Of a stretch of DNA of 64,000 bases, positions 7,786 to 17,272 are shown piece by piece. The translations under genes and the position numbers were made by a program. The notes below the pieces were generated by a model. That model saw only the letters and a list, made by a program, of their open reading frames with translations, did not search any database and had not been told where the DNA came from. The number at the start of each line of letters is the position of its first letter. Position 1 is the first letter of the stretch. Source of the DNA: Candidatus Dormiibacterota bacterium (GTDB lineage Bacteria; Chloroflexota; Dormibacteria; Aeolococcales; Aeolococcaceae); NCBI GenBank assembly GCA_036561525.1, contig DATBPD010000079.1, positions 405-64,404 of the forward strand, in the 5' to 3' direction.

Positions 7786-8600
7786 CTGTCACCACGCAAA
7801 CCGCGGAGCGCGAACGCGCTGCCTTTGCAGCCGTCGAGCTCGCCCGCAACCCGGCCCGACCCCGCGCGCTGCAGGTCATCGCCGGCGCCTTCACCGACTG
7901 GACGGAGATGCGCGGTGACCGGCTGTTCGGCGACGACCGCGCCGTGGTCGGCGGACCTGCACAGCTCGACGAGCGCTGGGTGATGGTCATCGGCCAGGAG
8001 AAGGGCACCGATGCCATCAGCCGCGCGCTCCACAACTTCGGCATGCCGCATCCCGAGGGCTATCGCAAGGCGCGGCGGCTGATGGGTCTGGCTGAGAAGT
8101 TCGGCTTGCCGGTCGTCTGCCTCGTCGACACACCGGCTGCGCACGCCGGGGTGGCCGCTGAGGAGCGTGGGCAGGCATGGGCGATCGCCGAGTCCCTGGT
8201 CACCATGCTCGAGCTGCGTGTGCCGGTGGTGAGCGCAGTGCTGAGCGAGGGCGGTTCAGGCGGTGCTCTTGCGCTCGCCGTCGCCGACCGGGTGCTGGCG
8301 CTGGAGAATGCTGTGTACACCGTGGCCCCGCCGGAGACGTGTGCGGCCATTCTCTATCGCGATGCCGGACAGCGAGCGCGGGCGGCCGCGGCGCTGCGAC
8401 CGGGCGTCGACACCGCGTACGAGATCGGGCTCGTCGACGAGCTCATCCCTGAGCCGATGCCAGGAGCGCACGCTCATCCCGAGGTGACCATCGGTGCCCT
8501 CCGCGGCGCCATCGTCCGCCACCTCGACGAGCTCTGCGCTCTCGATGTCGATGCCCTGGTGCGCGCGCGGATTGCCCGGTACCGCGCTGCCGGCGACTGA
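7782..8600 (+). CDS. accA: acetyl-CoA carboxylase carboxyltransferase alpha subunit
   Basis: The ATG overlaps the accD stop (ATGA). Motifs: GQEKG, NFGMPHPEGYRKARRLM, DTPAAHAGVAAEERGQ. Shorter N-terminus than E. coli AccA. Confidence 0.85.
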   Translation: MTVTTQTAERERAAFAAVELARNPARPRALQVIAGAFTDWTEMRGDRLFGDDRAVVGGPAQLDERWVMVIGQEKGTDAISRALHNFGMPHPEGYRKARRLMGLAEKFGLPVVCLVDTPAAHAGVAAEERGQAWAIAESLVTMLELRVPVVSAVLSEGGSGGALALAVADRVLALENAVYTVAPPETCAAILYRDAGQRARAAAALRPGVDTAYEIGLVDELIPEPMPGAHAHPEVTIGALRGAIVRHLDELCALDVDALVRARIARYRAAGD

Positions 8601-8611
8601 GAGACCAGCGC

Positions 8612-10288
8612 TCAGGCGGCGATTCCCACCGCAGCCTCATGCGCCTGTGGATCAGGGCGCTTCAGGAAGAAGGCAGGAAAGATCCCGATGAACGACAGCA
8701 CCGCGATGACCACGAAGGTCCGGTCGAACGCGTCGCTGAACACGCTGCCGGCATATTGGTGATTGAAAGAGTCCAGCACGACGTTGCCGGTGCTTGGCTG
8801 GGTGCTGCCCGAGCTCTCCTGAGCGGATGAGCTGGCGATCTTCTGCTGCAGGGACGTGCAGTACTGCTGCGCGGTGAGCTCCGGCTGGTGCAGCACCTGC
8901 GCTGCTGCAGTGACCACCGCCGCGGGGGGCGCACACGTCGTGGCCCTGGCCGCGCCCGCGAACTGACCGGCGAGGATGGTGACCAGGATCGCGATGCCAA
9001 CCGACGACGACACCCGCTGCAGCGTGTTGGTGATGCTCGAGGCGCGGGAGGTGTACCTCCGCGGCACCCGCGCCATGGCTGCCGTCATGGTGGGCATCAT
9101 GGCGAAGCCCATCGCAAAACCACGCAGCAACAGCGCGCCGATGACCAGCAGATTGGGCGAGTCGTAGTGGATCTGCGCGAGCACCACGCTGCCGATGGTG
9201 AGCAGGATCATGCCGGTGGCGACCACCCACCTTGGACCGATCCGGTCGGTGAGAAATCCGCCCAGCGGCATGGAGATCGCCGCCATGGCTGCCTGCGGCA
9301 GGAGCAGCAGCCCGGTCTCGATGGCGTCGTAGCCGTGAACCTCCTGCAGGTAGAGCGGCAGCAGCAGCATGGTGCCGAACATGGCGGTCACCACGATGAA
9401 GCTGAGCGCCATCGACCACGAGAACGTGCGGTCCTTGAAGAGCGAGAGCTGCAGCAGAGGCTGACGGGCGCGGAGCTGGCGCACGATGAAGGCGGTCATC
9501 AGCAGCACGCTGGCGACCAGCAGCGACACCACCAGCGCGGACGTCCAGCCGAGCTCCGTGCTGCGGTCCACCGCGTACATCAGTGCCAGCACGGCGGGGA
9601 CTCCGGTCAGCAGTCCGATGACGTCAAGGCGGAGTCCCGCGGTACGGTGCGACTCGCGAAGGAATCGTGTCGCCGCGACGAACCCGACGATGCCGATGGG
9701 AACGTTGACGTAGAAGATCAGCCGCCAGCTGAAGTCCTGCACGAACCAGCCGCCCAGCACGGGCCCGACGGCTGGTGCGATGAGCATCGGGACGCCGAAG
9801 ATTCCCATCACCTTGCCCATGTTCTGCGGCCCGACCGCCTGCAGGATGATGGTCATGCCGATGGGCATGAGCATGCCGCCGCCGATGCCCTGGAGGACGC
9901 GGAAGAAGATCAGCTCGCCGAGGTTCTGCGAGACCCCGCAGAGCATCGACGCGACGGTGAACATGACGATGGTGATCAGGTAGAGGCGCTTGGTTCCCCA
10001 GCGGTCGGTTGCCCATCCGGTCAGCGGGATCACCGCCCCCTGGGCGAGCAGGTAGCCGGTGACGACCCAGGCGATGGCCGTGTAGCTGCCGGCATGCAGG
10101 TCTTTCTGCAACGTCGGGATGGCGATGTTGACGATGGTCGAGTCGAGGATCGTCATGATCGTGCCGGACAGCACGACCGCGAGCGCGACCCATTTGTAGT
10201 CGAAGCGCCCGACCCGCTCGTCGGCGACGCTCACGTGATCCGCGCCCGGCGCTGCCGCGGATCGCTCTGCGACAGGGACCTCAGCCAT
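8612..10288 (-). CDS. MFS transporter, 14-TMS DHA2 (EmrB/QacA-like) drug:H+ antiporter family
   Basis: Internal ATG (MAEVPVAERS...) at 10288. Multiple TM helices, with about 14 TM judged by eye. Motif LDSTIVNIAIPT in TM1. The first 50 aa of the track ORF are not protein-like. Confidence 0.8.
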   Translation of the reverse strand: MAEVPVAERSAAAPGADHVSVADERVGRFDYKWVALAVVLSGTIMTILDSTIVNIAIPTLQKDLHAGSYTAIAWVVTGYLLAQGAVIPLTGWATDRWGTKRLYLITIVMFTVASMLCGVSQNLGELIFFRVLQGIGGGMLMPIGMTIILQAVGPQNMGKVMGIFGVPMLIAPAVGPVLGGWFVQDFSWRLIFYVNVPIGIVGFVAATRFLRESHRTAGLRLDVIGLLTGVPAVLALMYAVDRSTELGWTSALVVSLLVASVLLMTAFIVRQLRARQPLLQLSLFKDRTFSWSMALSFIVVTAMFGTMLLLPLYLQEVHGYDAIETGLLLLPQAAMAAISMPLGGFLTDRIGPRWVVATGMILLTIGSVVLAQIHYDSPNLLVIGALLLRGFAMGFAMMPTMTAAMARVPRRYTSRASSITNTLQRVSSSVGIAILVTILAGQFAGAARATTCAPPAAVVTAAAQVLHQPELTAQQYCTSLQQKIASSSAQESSGSTQPSTGNVVLDSFNHQYAGSVFSDAFDRTFVVIAVLSFIGIFPAFFLKRPDPQAHEAAVGIAA

Positions 10289-10364
10289 CGTCGTCAACAG
10301 CGTGCATCGAGGGGTCCACGATACCCGGTCGCGGCGGATTGAAGTCCTGAGCGGATCGCCTCCG

Positions 10365-11981
10365 TCAGCCTGGTTCGACGCTGGCTGGTATCCCCGCGCG
10401 GTGGTGCAGCTTGACCAGCCGCATCGAGGCGTCCGCATGCTGGAGCAAGGAGCCGGCGTCGTCGGCGTCGTCCGGAAAGATGGCCACCCCGCAGGAAATG
10501 GTCAGGCCTGCCTTGGCCAGCGCGCCATCGTCGCGCACCCGCGTTTCGAAGGAGAGGCTGATGCGCCTGCCGATGGCGTCCGACTCCTCACGATCAGCCC
10601 CGGGGAGCACACAGACGAACTCGTCGCCGCCATAGCGCGCCGCCGAATCCTCGCGGCGCAGCGAGTCGTGGAAGACCTGGGCGAGGATGGTGAGCACGCG
10701 GTCACCCTCGGCGTGCCCGTAGGTGTCGTTGACCACCTTGAAGAGGTCGAGGTCACAGAACACCACACCGAGCGAGGTGTTGAGCCGCCGTGCACGCGCC
10801 ACCTCCTGGTCGAGGGTTCGCGTCAGCTGGCGGTGGTTGGCCAGGCCGGTGATGCTGTCGAGGTGCGCCTGGTCGAGCTCACGCTCGTAGCGACGTGCTC
10901 GCTCGATGGCGCGCGCCGCCTCGCCGGCCAACGCGGCGACCACGGTGAGGTCGTGATCGGCCCACACCAATTCCTGGCGATTGGAGGTGATCACGTAGAT
11001 ACCGATGACCTCCTCGTCGATCACCAGTGGCGCCCCGATGGCGCACCGGGTGACGCCGCGCCGCAGCTCCTCGATCTGGCGACGCGCCTGCTCGCCGAGG
11101 TTGCCCTGGGCGACGGAGACGTCGTACGCCGTCTGCCACAGCATCGGCCTGCTCGACGCGAAAACCTTGCCGGCCAGTCCCTCACCGGGGGCCAGCGTGA
11201 AGTCCAGGTTGTCGGATTCGAGCGCACGAACGCCCTTGGGGCTGAGGTAGAGCGGCAGGGGGCGCAGCCTGCCGGTGGCCGGCTCGTAGAGGAGCACCAC
11301 GGCATGGGTGGCCATCGGGTACGACTGCAGCGTCGTCTCGAGAACGGCGCGGGTGACGCCAAGCACGTCGATGGCGGTCCCCACATGCTCGGCGGTGGCT
11401 GCGTACGCCGAGCTGCGCAGGTTCTGAGCTTCTGTGCTGACCCCCGCGGCCCGAGCATGCGCGACCACCACCAGCTCCAACCCCAGCATGAACGCCAGAG
11501 CGAAGACCAGGGTGGGCACGTCGCCGTGCAGCCAGTGCAGCCAGACGGCTGCGAAGACGCCATCCACCAGTGCCACCGCGGCCACCCGTGCTGCGGGCGG
11601 CGCATCGGGCGGGCCGCCGATGTTGATCGCAGCGAAGAGGAGGACCGCGATGACCCCGGGGTTGTCGAGGTGGCCTGCGGCAATGACGAGCATGCCGCCA
11701 CCGGCCAGGGCGGGGACGACTCCCTGGGCGACGACCAGGAGACCGCGGCCGCTCAGATCGCGGTTGAGCAGCCGCAGTGAGACGGCGGCGTACGCTGCGC
11801 CGAAAGCACCAAGGGCGATCTCGCCGCCGAAGCGAGGCGCCGGCAGCGGCAGGGTCAACATCCGGGCGAGCGTCGCCGCCAGCATCACGAGGGATGCGAA
11901 CCCCACCGCGCGGCGTGACGCGACCACGCGCCTGCCCCACAGCTCTCCCCGGCGATCCCTCCGGCTGACGTCAACGTCCAT
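10365..11981 (-). CDS. membrane-bound diguanylate cyclase (TM region - GAF - GGDEF)
   Basis: 538 aa with N-terminal multi-TM segments and a central GAF-like region. C-terminal DSITGLANHR...RYGGDEFVCVL, with an RxxD I-site (RRED) 5 residues upstream of GGDEF. Confidence 0.85.
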   Translation of the reverse strand: MDVDVSRRDRRGELWGRRVVASRRAVGFASLVMLAATLARMLTLPLPAPRFGGEIALGAFGAAYAAVSLRLLNRDLSGRGLLVVAQGVVPALAGGGMLVIAAGHLDNPGVIAVLLFAAINIGGPPDAPPAARVAAVALVDGVFAAVWLHWLHGDVPTLVFALAFMLGLELVVVAHARAAGVSTEAQNLRSSAYAATAEHVGTAIDVLGVTRAVLETTLQSYPMATHAVVLLYEPATGRLRPLPLYLSPKGVRALESDNLDFTLAPGEGLAGKVFASSRPMLWQTAYDVSVAQGNLGEQARRQIEELRRGVTRCAIGAPLVIDEEVIGIYVITSNRQELVWADHDLTVVAALAGEAARAIERARRYERELDQAHLDSITGLANHRQLTRTLDQEVARARRLNTSLGVVFCDLDLFKVVNDTYGHAEGDRVLTILAQVFHDSLRREDSAARYGGDEFVCVLPGADREESDAIGRRISLSFETRVRDDGALAKAGLTISCGVAIFPDDADDAGSLLQHADASMRLVKLHHRAGIPASVEPG

Positions 11982-12083
11982 CCGAACGTATCTTCCTCAA
12001 ACGTCCTCTGTGCCGTCAGATCGTGGCACGCATGTCAGCCGCCCGCTTGTGGGCGTCCTGAGAGCGTGTTAGCGTTGTGCTGA

Positions 12084-12097
12084 CGAACTGACGTTCG
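12084..12097. promoter_or_regulatory. candidate LexA (Cheo/SOS) box CGAAC-N4-GTTCG
   Basis: CGAACTGACGTTCG read directly, 24 nt upstream of the sbcD-like ATG. It is embedded in a longer imperfect palindrome, TGCTGACGAACTGACGTTCGCAGCA (12078-12102). It matches the GAAC-N4-GTTC core of Gram-positive and actinobacterial LexA sites. Confidence 0.6.
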
Positions 12098-12120
12098 CAG
12101 CACCGCCATCGCGCACACGT

Positions 12121-13269
12121 ATGAGCACCCGCCTTCTCCACATCGCCGACCTGCACCTCGATCGCGCCTTCGCCGGCATGGGCTGCCAGGGCGAGCTCGC
12201 CATCCGCCGTCGCCTCGGCCTCCGCGACGCGCTGCGACGGGCCGGTCAGACCGCGCTGGATCGGCAATGCTCGGCGGTGACCATCGGCGGTGACCTGTAC
12301 GAGCACGATCGCGCCGGCGCGGCCACCGCCGCGTTCCTGGTGGAAACCTTTGCGGCGTGGCGGCCGATGCGCGTGCTGCTTGCGCCGGGCAACCACGACG
12401 CCCTGCTCACCGGCTCCATCTACAGCCGCACCGAATGGCCTGACAACGTCCACCTGTTCTCGACTGCCGATCTCTGCCCAGCACCGCTTGCTGACGGGCT
12501 CACGATCTGGGGGCTGGCGCACCTCGAACCGGCCTGGCAGGGAGATCCGCTCGCCGGTGAGCCGGTTGGCGGTGACGGTGGCGTTCACCTCGCCCTGTTC
12601 CACGGCGCCGAGCTCGGCTCGCGCCCGGACGGCAAGTCGATCCACGGCCCGTTCCACGCCGGCGACATTCGCGGACGGGGCTTCGCGGCCGCGCTGTGCG
12701 GCCACTATCACCGGCGGCGGGTGGACGAGCTCTCCGGCCTGCTCTACCCGGGCAGTCCCGAGCCGCTGACGTTCGACGAGTCCGAACCGCGGGGCGCGGT
12801 GATCGTCACCGTCGCGGGTGACGGCACCATCAGCCACGAGCCCCTCGAGGACAATCGCTGGCACGCCCGCACGGCGGTCGCGGACGTGGCGGCGGCGCGA
12901 GGGCTTGGCGACGTGGTCGACGCCGCCGTGGCCGCCGCCGCCGGGGCCTGTGCCGGCCTCGATCCCGATCGTGTGATCCTCCGGCTGGACCTCCGCGGGG
13001 AGATCGACCACGCGGTGCCGGCCGACACCTTCACAGTTGAGACCGCTGTCCGCGACGCCTGCGGCGTCGCCGGGATGCGCGTGCGCGATCTCACCAGCCC
13101 GGCGCTGAGCATCGCGGCGATCAGCTCTGAGGGCACGGTTCGCGGTGCTTTCGCCCGCGCCGTGGCCGAGGCCGCCGCCGGCGCTGACGACGATCAGCGC
13201 CGAGTCCTTGATGACGCACTTCGCTACGGGCTCCAGGCCCTCGGCGGCGCCGAGATCGGCCTGCGATGA
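12121..13269 (+). CDS. SbcD/Mre11-family metallophosphoesterase (DNA repair exonuclease-like)
   Basis: 382 aa. Calcineurin-like phosphoesterase motifs: HIADLHLD, GGDLYE, GNHD, GHYH. Confidence 0.8.
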   Translation: MSTRLLHIADLHLDRAFAGMGCQGELAIRRRLGLRDALRRAGQTALDRQCSAVTIGGDLYEHDRAGAATAAFLVETFAAWRPMRVLLAPGNHDALLTGSIYSRTEWPDNVHLFSTADLCPAPLADGLTIWGLAHLEPAWQGDPLAGEPVGGDGGVHLALFHGAELGSRPDGKSIHGPFHAGDIRGRGFAAALCGHYHRRRVDELSGLLYPGSPEPLTFDESEPRGAVIVTVAGDGTISHEPLEDNRWHARTAVADVAAARGLGDVVDAAVAAAAGACAGLDPDRVILRLDLRGEIDHAVPADTFTVETAVRDACGVAGMRVRDLTSPALSIAAISSEGTVRGAFARAVAEAAAGADDDQRRVLDDALRYGLQALGGAEIGLR

Positions 13270-16106
13270 GGCTGGAGCGCTTCGAGGTCGGCGGATTCGG
13301 GCGCCTCGGTGACGTCGAGGTTGTCTTCCACCCGCGGCTGACGGTGATCCTGGGCGAGAACGAATCCGGCAAGTCGACTGTGCAAAGAGCATTGCGCGCG
13401 GCTCTCTACGGCCTTGATGCGGGCGGTCCCGGGCGCCCGACGGACAGGAGCGACTGGGCGCGCTGGACACCCTGGAACGGAGCCGCCTACTCGCTGGTGC
13501 TGAGCTATGCGCTCGAGGACGGCCGCCGTTTGCGAGTGGCACGCAGGCTCGAGCAGCGAGATCACACCTGCCAGGTTCAGGAGATCGGCGGCGGCGATGT
13601 CACAGCCCAGGTGCGCGTCGGCCGGGTCGTGGCCCCCGGGCTGGTCCATCTCGGCATCGACGAGGCGGTGTTCTGTGCCAGCGCCTGTGTCGCTGAAGAT
13701 GGTCTGCGGTTGGGCGCCGCGGACGCGCCGGGGGCACGGGCGGCCGAGGTCCAGGAGGCGATCGAGCGGCTCGCCGACTCCGGTCAGGCGACTACCGCGG
13801 CCCAGGCGCTGGCTGCGATCAACGACGCCATCACCAGGGTGGGCTCCGAGCGGCGCTCAGGAAGCCCGCTCGGGCGCGCCGTCAACCGGCTCCGGCAGCT
13901 CGATGTCCAGGTGGACGACGGACGGCGCCGGCTCTGGGCGTTGGCCGCCGAGGAGGAGCGGCTCCGCACGCTGGACGCGCAGGCGGAGGCCGCCGATCGG
14001 CGTCGCCTCGACGCGGAGCGACGCTGGTTGCTGGGCCGTCTCGCCGCCATCGCGGCGCAGCGCGCAGACCTCGAGGCGATGACGTCCGAGACCGCCCAGG
14101 TGGCCGCCGAGGTTGAGGGAACCGCAGCGCTGGCGAGCTTCCCGCTGGAGGCCGAGGAGCCGGTCATCCTCCTCTCGGCCGAGGTCAAGGAGACGCGGCG
14201 CAGCGCGGACGAGGCGCAGGCCAGAGCCGACGCCGCGTCGAGTGAGCTGGCTGAGGTGCGCAGGCGCCGGGTCGAGATCGCCGCCGGCGTGCGCGCGCTG
14301 GGGGGGACCCCCACGGTCGACGGGCAGGCTGCGGCCGAGGCGCAGGAGATCGACCGGGCCCTGGCCGCCACGCTCGCCGGGCGGCGGCGGGGCGACGAGC
14401 TGGCAGCCGCTCTGGGGAGGCGCGACGCCCTCCGTCGCGAGATCGCCGCCACGGGGATCGCGGGCGCCAGCGCCGCCGGCGTGGAGGCCGCCATCGAGCT
14501 GGTGGCGACCGCCCGCGGGGGCCGGTCGAGCAGAGTTGCCAAATTCGGCGCCACCGTCGCCCTGCTGGCCGGCGCTGTGGCCGCCGCAGTCGCCGCCGCG
14601 TCGCACCACGGCCTGATCGCCCTGGTCGCCGCAGCCGTCACCGCTCTTGCCGCGCTGGTCATCCTCGCCGTGGATCGGCTCGTGGCCGGAGACGCCGAGC
14701 ATGCCCGTCGCCGCCTTGGACGGCTGTGTCCTGGTGTACCCGTCGACGACGAGGGCCTCGAACGGCTCGCGCAGAGGCTGCCAGGGCTGCGCGCGTTGTT
14801 CTCCGAGATGAGCCGCGAGGAGCTCCGCGTCGAGACGCTTGCGGCCGAGACAGGGGAGGCCGACCGACAGCTGCGTGACCTGGCCTTGCGGGCGGCTGCG
14901 CTCGCGGAGCGCTGCGGCCTGGACGCCACCGGCCCGGCGGTGGCCAACCGGAGCGCGGAGGGCTCTGTGCGGGCCATCCTCGAGGCCATCAGCGCCAGCT
15001 CCGGCGTGATCCGGCGCCGCGACCAGTTGCTGGCGGAGGACGCCGAGCTGGTCCGCCGTGAGCGCGACCTCTCCTCGGTGACGGCCGAGGCGGAGCACCG
15101 CGCGCGGGCGGCGGACGTGTCGCTGGCCCACCTCCGGCGCGTGATCGATGCTGCCGGGATCGAGCCGTCGGCGCTGGTCACCGACGACGTGGTCGCCTTC
15201 AGGCAGGCATGTGCCGGCCGGCGCCGGCACGAGGTGGCGCTCAAGCGGCTGCGCGAGCTGCAGCGACGCGGGAGGTTCAGCGGAGACGTCAGCTCGCTGA
15301 CGCGGCTCGGCGCTGAGCTGGAGAGCCGTCTGGCCAGCCGTGGCGGCGACCCCGCCGACGTGGCTGCAACCCCACCCCTCGCGCAGCCCGATCTCCAGGA
15401 CCTCGAGACGCAGTCAGAGCACGCTCGCCAGGCCGCCGTGGCAGCGTCGACAGCGGCCACGGCGCTGCGCGCCAGGCTTGGCGAGATGCGCGGCAACCTG
15501 CCCGCCCTGGCAGACCTCGAGGACGAGCGCGCCGCCTGCACCGCAGCCCGCGATCGCGGGCTCGAGCAGCTGGCGGCCCTGCGCCTCGGCGCCGAGCTGA
15601 TCGAACAGGCGACCAAGAGCATTCACCGCGACCTGGCGCCGCGCCTGGCAACGTCGGTGGCCGGCCGGCTCGCCCTGCTCACCGAGGGGCGGTACAGCGC
15701 GGTCAACGTCGACGCTGCGCACTTCGACGTGTCGCTGCTCGGACGTGACCGTCCCGACCTGGTGCCCCTCGAGCTTCTCTCCCATGGCACGCGCGACCAG
15801 GTGTCCCTGCTGCTGCGCCTCGCGCTTGCCGAGGTGCTCAGCGCCGGCGGTGAGCCAGTGCCGCTGCTGCTCGACGAGCCGCTGCTCAGCGCCGATCCGC
15901 AGCGTCGTGAGGTGGCCCTGCAGTTCCTCTGGAGCCTGTCGGCGACCAACCAGGTGGTGTTGAGCACGTCGGACCCGACGCTGGTCACCTCGCTGGCGGC
16001 GGTGTGCGGCGAGGACGAGCCCGCTGTGGTGATCATGCCCACCCCAAACCAGACGTTCGAGACCACCGGACGCGCGCTGGTGGCGGCGACGGCGCATCCG
16101 CTCTAG
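13266..16106 (+). CDS. SbcC/Rad50-like AAA ATPase with long coiled coils and a central hydrophobic hairpin
   Basis: The ATG overlaps the sbcD-like stop (ATGA). Walker A GENESGKST, signature LSHGTRDQ, Walker B LLLDEP. Ala/Arg/Glu-rich coiled coils. Residues ~426-469 (FGATVALLAGAVAAAVAAA...GLIALVAAAVTALAALVILAV) are uncharged. No CxxC zinc hook. Confidence 0.8.
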   Translation: MRLERFEVGGFGRLGDVEVVFHPRLTVILGENESGKSTVQRALRAALYGLDAGGPGRPTDRSDWARWTPWNGAAYSLVLSYALEDGRRLRVARRLEQRDHTCQVQEIGGGDVTAQVRVGRVVAPGLVHLGIDEAVFCASACVAEDGLRLGAADAPGARAAEVQEAIERLADSGQATTAAQALAAINDAITRVGSERRSGSPLGRAVNRLRQLDVQVDDGRRRLWALAAEEERLRTLDAQAEAADRRRLDAERRWLLGRLAAIAAQRADLEAMTSETAQVAAEVEGTAALASFPLEAEEPVILLSAEVKETRRSADEAQARADAASSELAEVRRRRVEIAAGVRALGGTPTVDGQAAAEAQEIDRALAATLAGRRRGDELAAALGRRDALRREIAATGIAGASAAGVEAAIELVATARGGRSSRVAKFGATVALLAGAVAAAVAAASHHGLIALVAAAVTALAALVILAVDRLVAGDAEHARRRLGRLCPGVPVDDEGLERLAQRLPGLRALFSEMSREELRVETLAAETGEADRQLRDLALRAAALAERCGLDATGPAVANRSAEGSVRAILEAISASSGVIRRRDQLLAEDAELVRRERDLSSVTAEAEHRARAADVSLAHLRRVIDAAGIEPSALVTDDVVAFRQACAGRRRHEVALKRLRELQRRGRFSGDVSSLTRLGAELESRLASRGGDPADVAATPPLAQPDLQDLETQSEHARQAAVAASTAATALRARLGEMRGNLPALADLEDERAACTAARDRGLEQLAALRLGAELIEQATKSIHRDLAPRLATSVAGRLALLTEGRYSAVNVDAAHFDVSLLGRDRPDLVPLELLSHGTRDQVSLLLRLALAEVLSAGGEPVPLLLDEPLLSADPQRREVALQFLWSLSATNQVVLSTSDPTLVTSLAAVCGEDEPAVVIMPTPNQTFETTGRALVAATAHPL

Positions 16107-17272
16107 AGCAGGGCGGCGATCCTGGCCAGGCCCTGCAGCTCGGAGGCGTCCTCACTGAACAGGGGGATCCTGACCGCCTCAACGTCGCCGAGCCGCTCGA
16201 GCCGGCCGAGCTGGCGGAAGTCGCGTTCTGCGATCGCGTGCAGGTCGAGCCAGCTGTGGCCGATCCCGTGCAGCGCCTCGGCTGCCACCCGGTGACCGAG
16301 GTGTCCGCTCAGCCACCCGGGCAGCCCGTCGTCCTCAGCGAGCGCCGTGGCGGTCGCCAGGGCGGTGCGATCGCGCAGCGAGTCAGGCCAGGCGCGATTG
16401 ACAACCACGCCGCGCAACGGCATCCGGTACTCACGCAGCCGGGCACAGAAGTACTCGGCCTCGAGGAAGGGTGATGGCTCGAGGGTGGTGACCACGATGA
16501 ACCCGACCCGCGAGCTGCGCAGAAGCTTGTAGACATCCCGGGCACGCTGCTGGACCCCGGAGTAGATCTTCTGGAGATCGGTGACGAACTCGGCCACCTC
16601 GCTGAGCACATCCGCGCCGAGCAGCCGGTCGGCCATGCGTAGGAAAGGACCGGCGGCGAGATTGACCGCCCGCAGTCCGAAACGAGACGGTCCGGCCAGC
16701 CAGCTGAGAAAGCGCGCGCCGACGAAGTCGGTGAGCCGGTTGGGCGCCTCCAGGAAGTCGAGGGCATTGCGCGAGGGCGGCGTATCGATGATCAGCGTGT
16801 CGTACTCACCCGCCTCGTGCAGCTCGTAGAGGGCCTCCATCGCCATGTACTCGTGGGAGCCGATGAAGGAGTCGCTGATCCCCTGGTAGAACCTGTTGGT
16901 CAGGATGCGCTGCGCGTCGCGACGCGTCGGCGCCAGCTTGGTCACCATGCGGTCAAAGGTCGACTTCATGTCAAGCATGGCTGCAACCAGCTCACCCTCG
17001 ACCTCGATGCCGGCGCGGCGCAACCTGGCCCGTGACACCTGCACCGGCTCAGTCCCGATCTCACGGAGCCCGAGCGCGGTGGCCAGGCGGCGAGCCGGGT
17101 CGACGGTGAGCACCAGCACCCTGCGATCGTCCCGCTGGGCCAGCGCGATACCAAGCGCAGCGCTGACCGTGGTCTTGCCGACGCCGCCGCTGCCGCAGCA
17201 GATGATCACCTCGAGGTTCTCCACACGGCTCACCAGGCTGCCGTCGCGGCGGGGAGCGCGAGCGGATGTCAC
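16103..17272 (-). CDS. ArsA/Get3-like P-loop ATPase (second of a pair)
   Basis: Start moved to GTG 17272, which overlaps the upstream stop (GTGA). The remaining 180 aa of track ORF 16103..17815 overlap the upstream gene. Deviant Walker A CGSGGVGKTT, followed by TVDPARRLA. Confidence 0.75.
   Translation of the reverse strand: MTSARAPRRDGSLVSRVENLEVIICCGSGGVGKTTVSAALGIALAQRDDRRVLVLTVDPARRLATALGLREIGTEPVQVSRARLRRAGIEVEGELVAAMLDMKSTFDRMVTKLAPTRRDAQRILTNRFYQGISDSFIGSHEYMAMEALYELHEAGEYDTLIIDTPPSRNALDFLEAPNRLTDFVGARFLSWLAGPSRFGLRAVNLAAGPFLRMADRLLGADVLSEVAEFVTDLQKIYSGVQQRARDVYKLLRSSRVGFIVVTTLEPSPFLEAEYFCARLREYRMPLRGVVVNRAWPDSLRDRTALATATALAEDDGLPGWLSGHLGHRVAAEALHGIGHSWLDLHAIAERDFRQLGRLERLGDVEAVRIPLFSEDASELQGLARIAALL

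Noticed and set aside
10302-11780. 492-aa plus-strand ORF. Similar very long ORFs lie at 2701..3798(-), 13784..15622(-), 23901..25952(+), 28421..30181(+), 47001..48641(-), 50508..52376(+) and 57262..59142(+).
   Set aside because: Each lies antisense to a gene with clear family motifs (GGDEF, cytochrome b6, SbcC-like, glnA, PucR, MerR/diiron, GH2, sigA). Their translations are Arg/Gly/Pro/His-rich low-complexity strings without domains. This is the typical shadow-ORF artefact of a ~70% GC genome.
12121-16106. The phosphoesterase + SMC-like ATPase pair considered as an anti-phage defence system (Lamassu or a similar nuclease-plus-SMC type).
   Set aside because: The pair matches the conserved SbcD/SbcC (YhaO/YhaN, Rv1277/Rv1278) repair arrangement. 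It carries a LexA-type box and sits among housekeeping genes, with no mobile-element or defence-island context.
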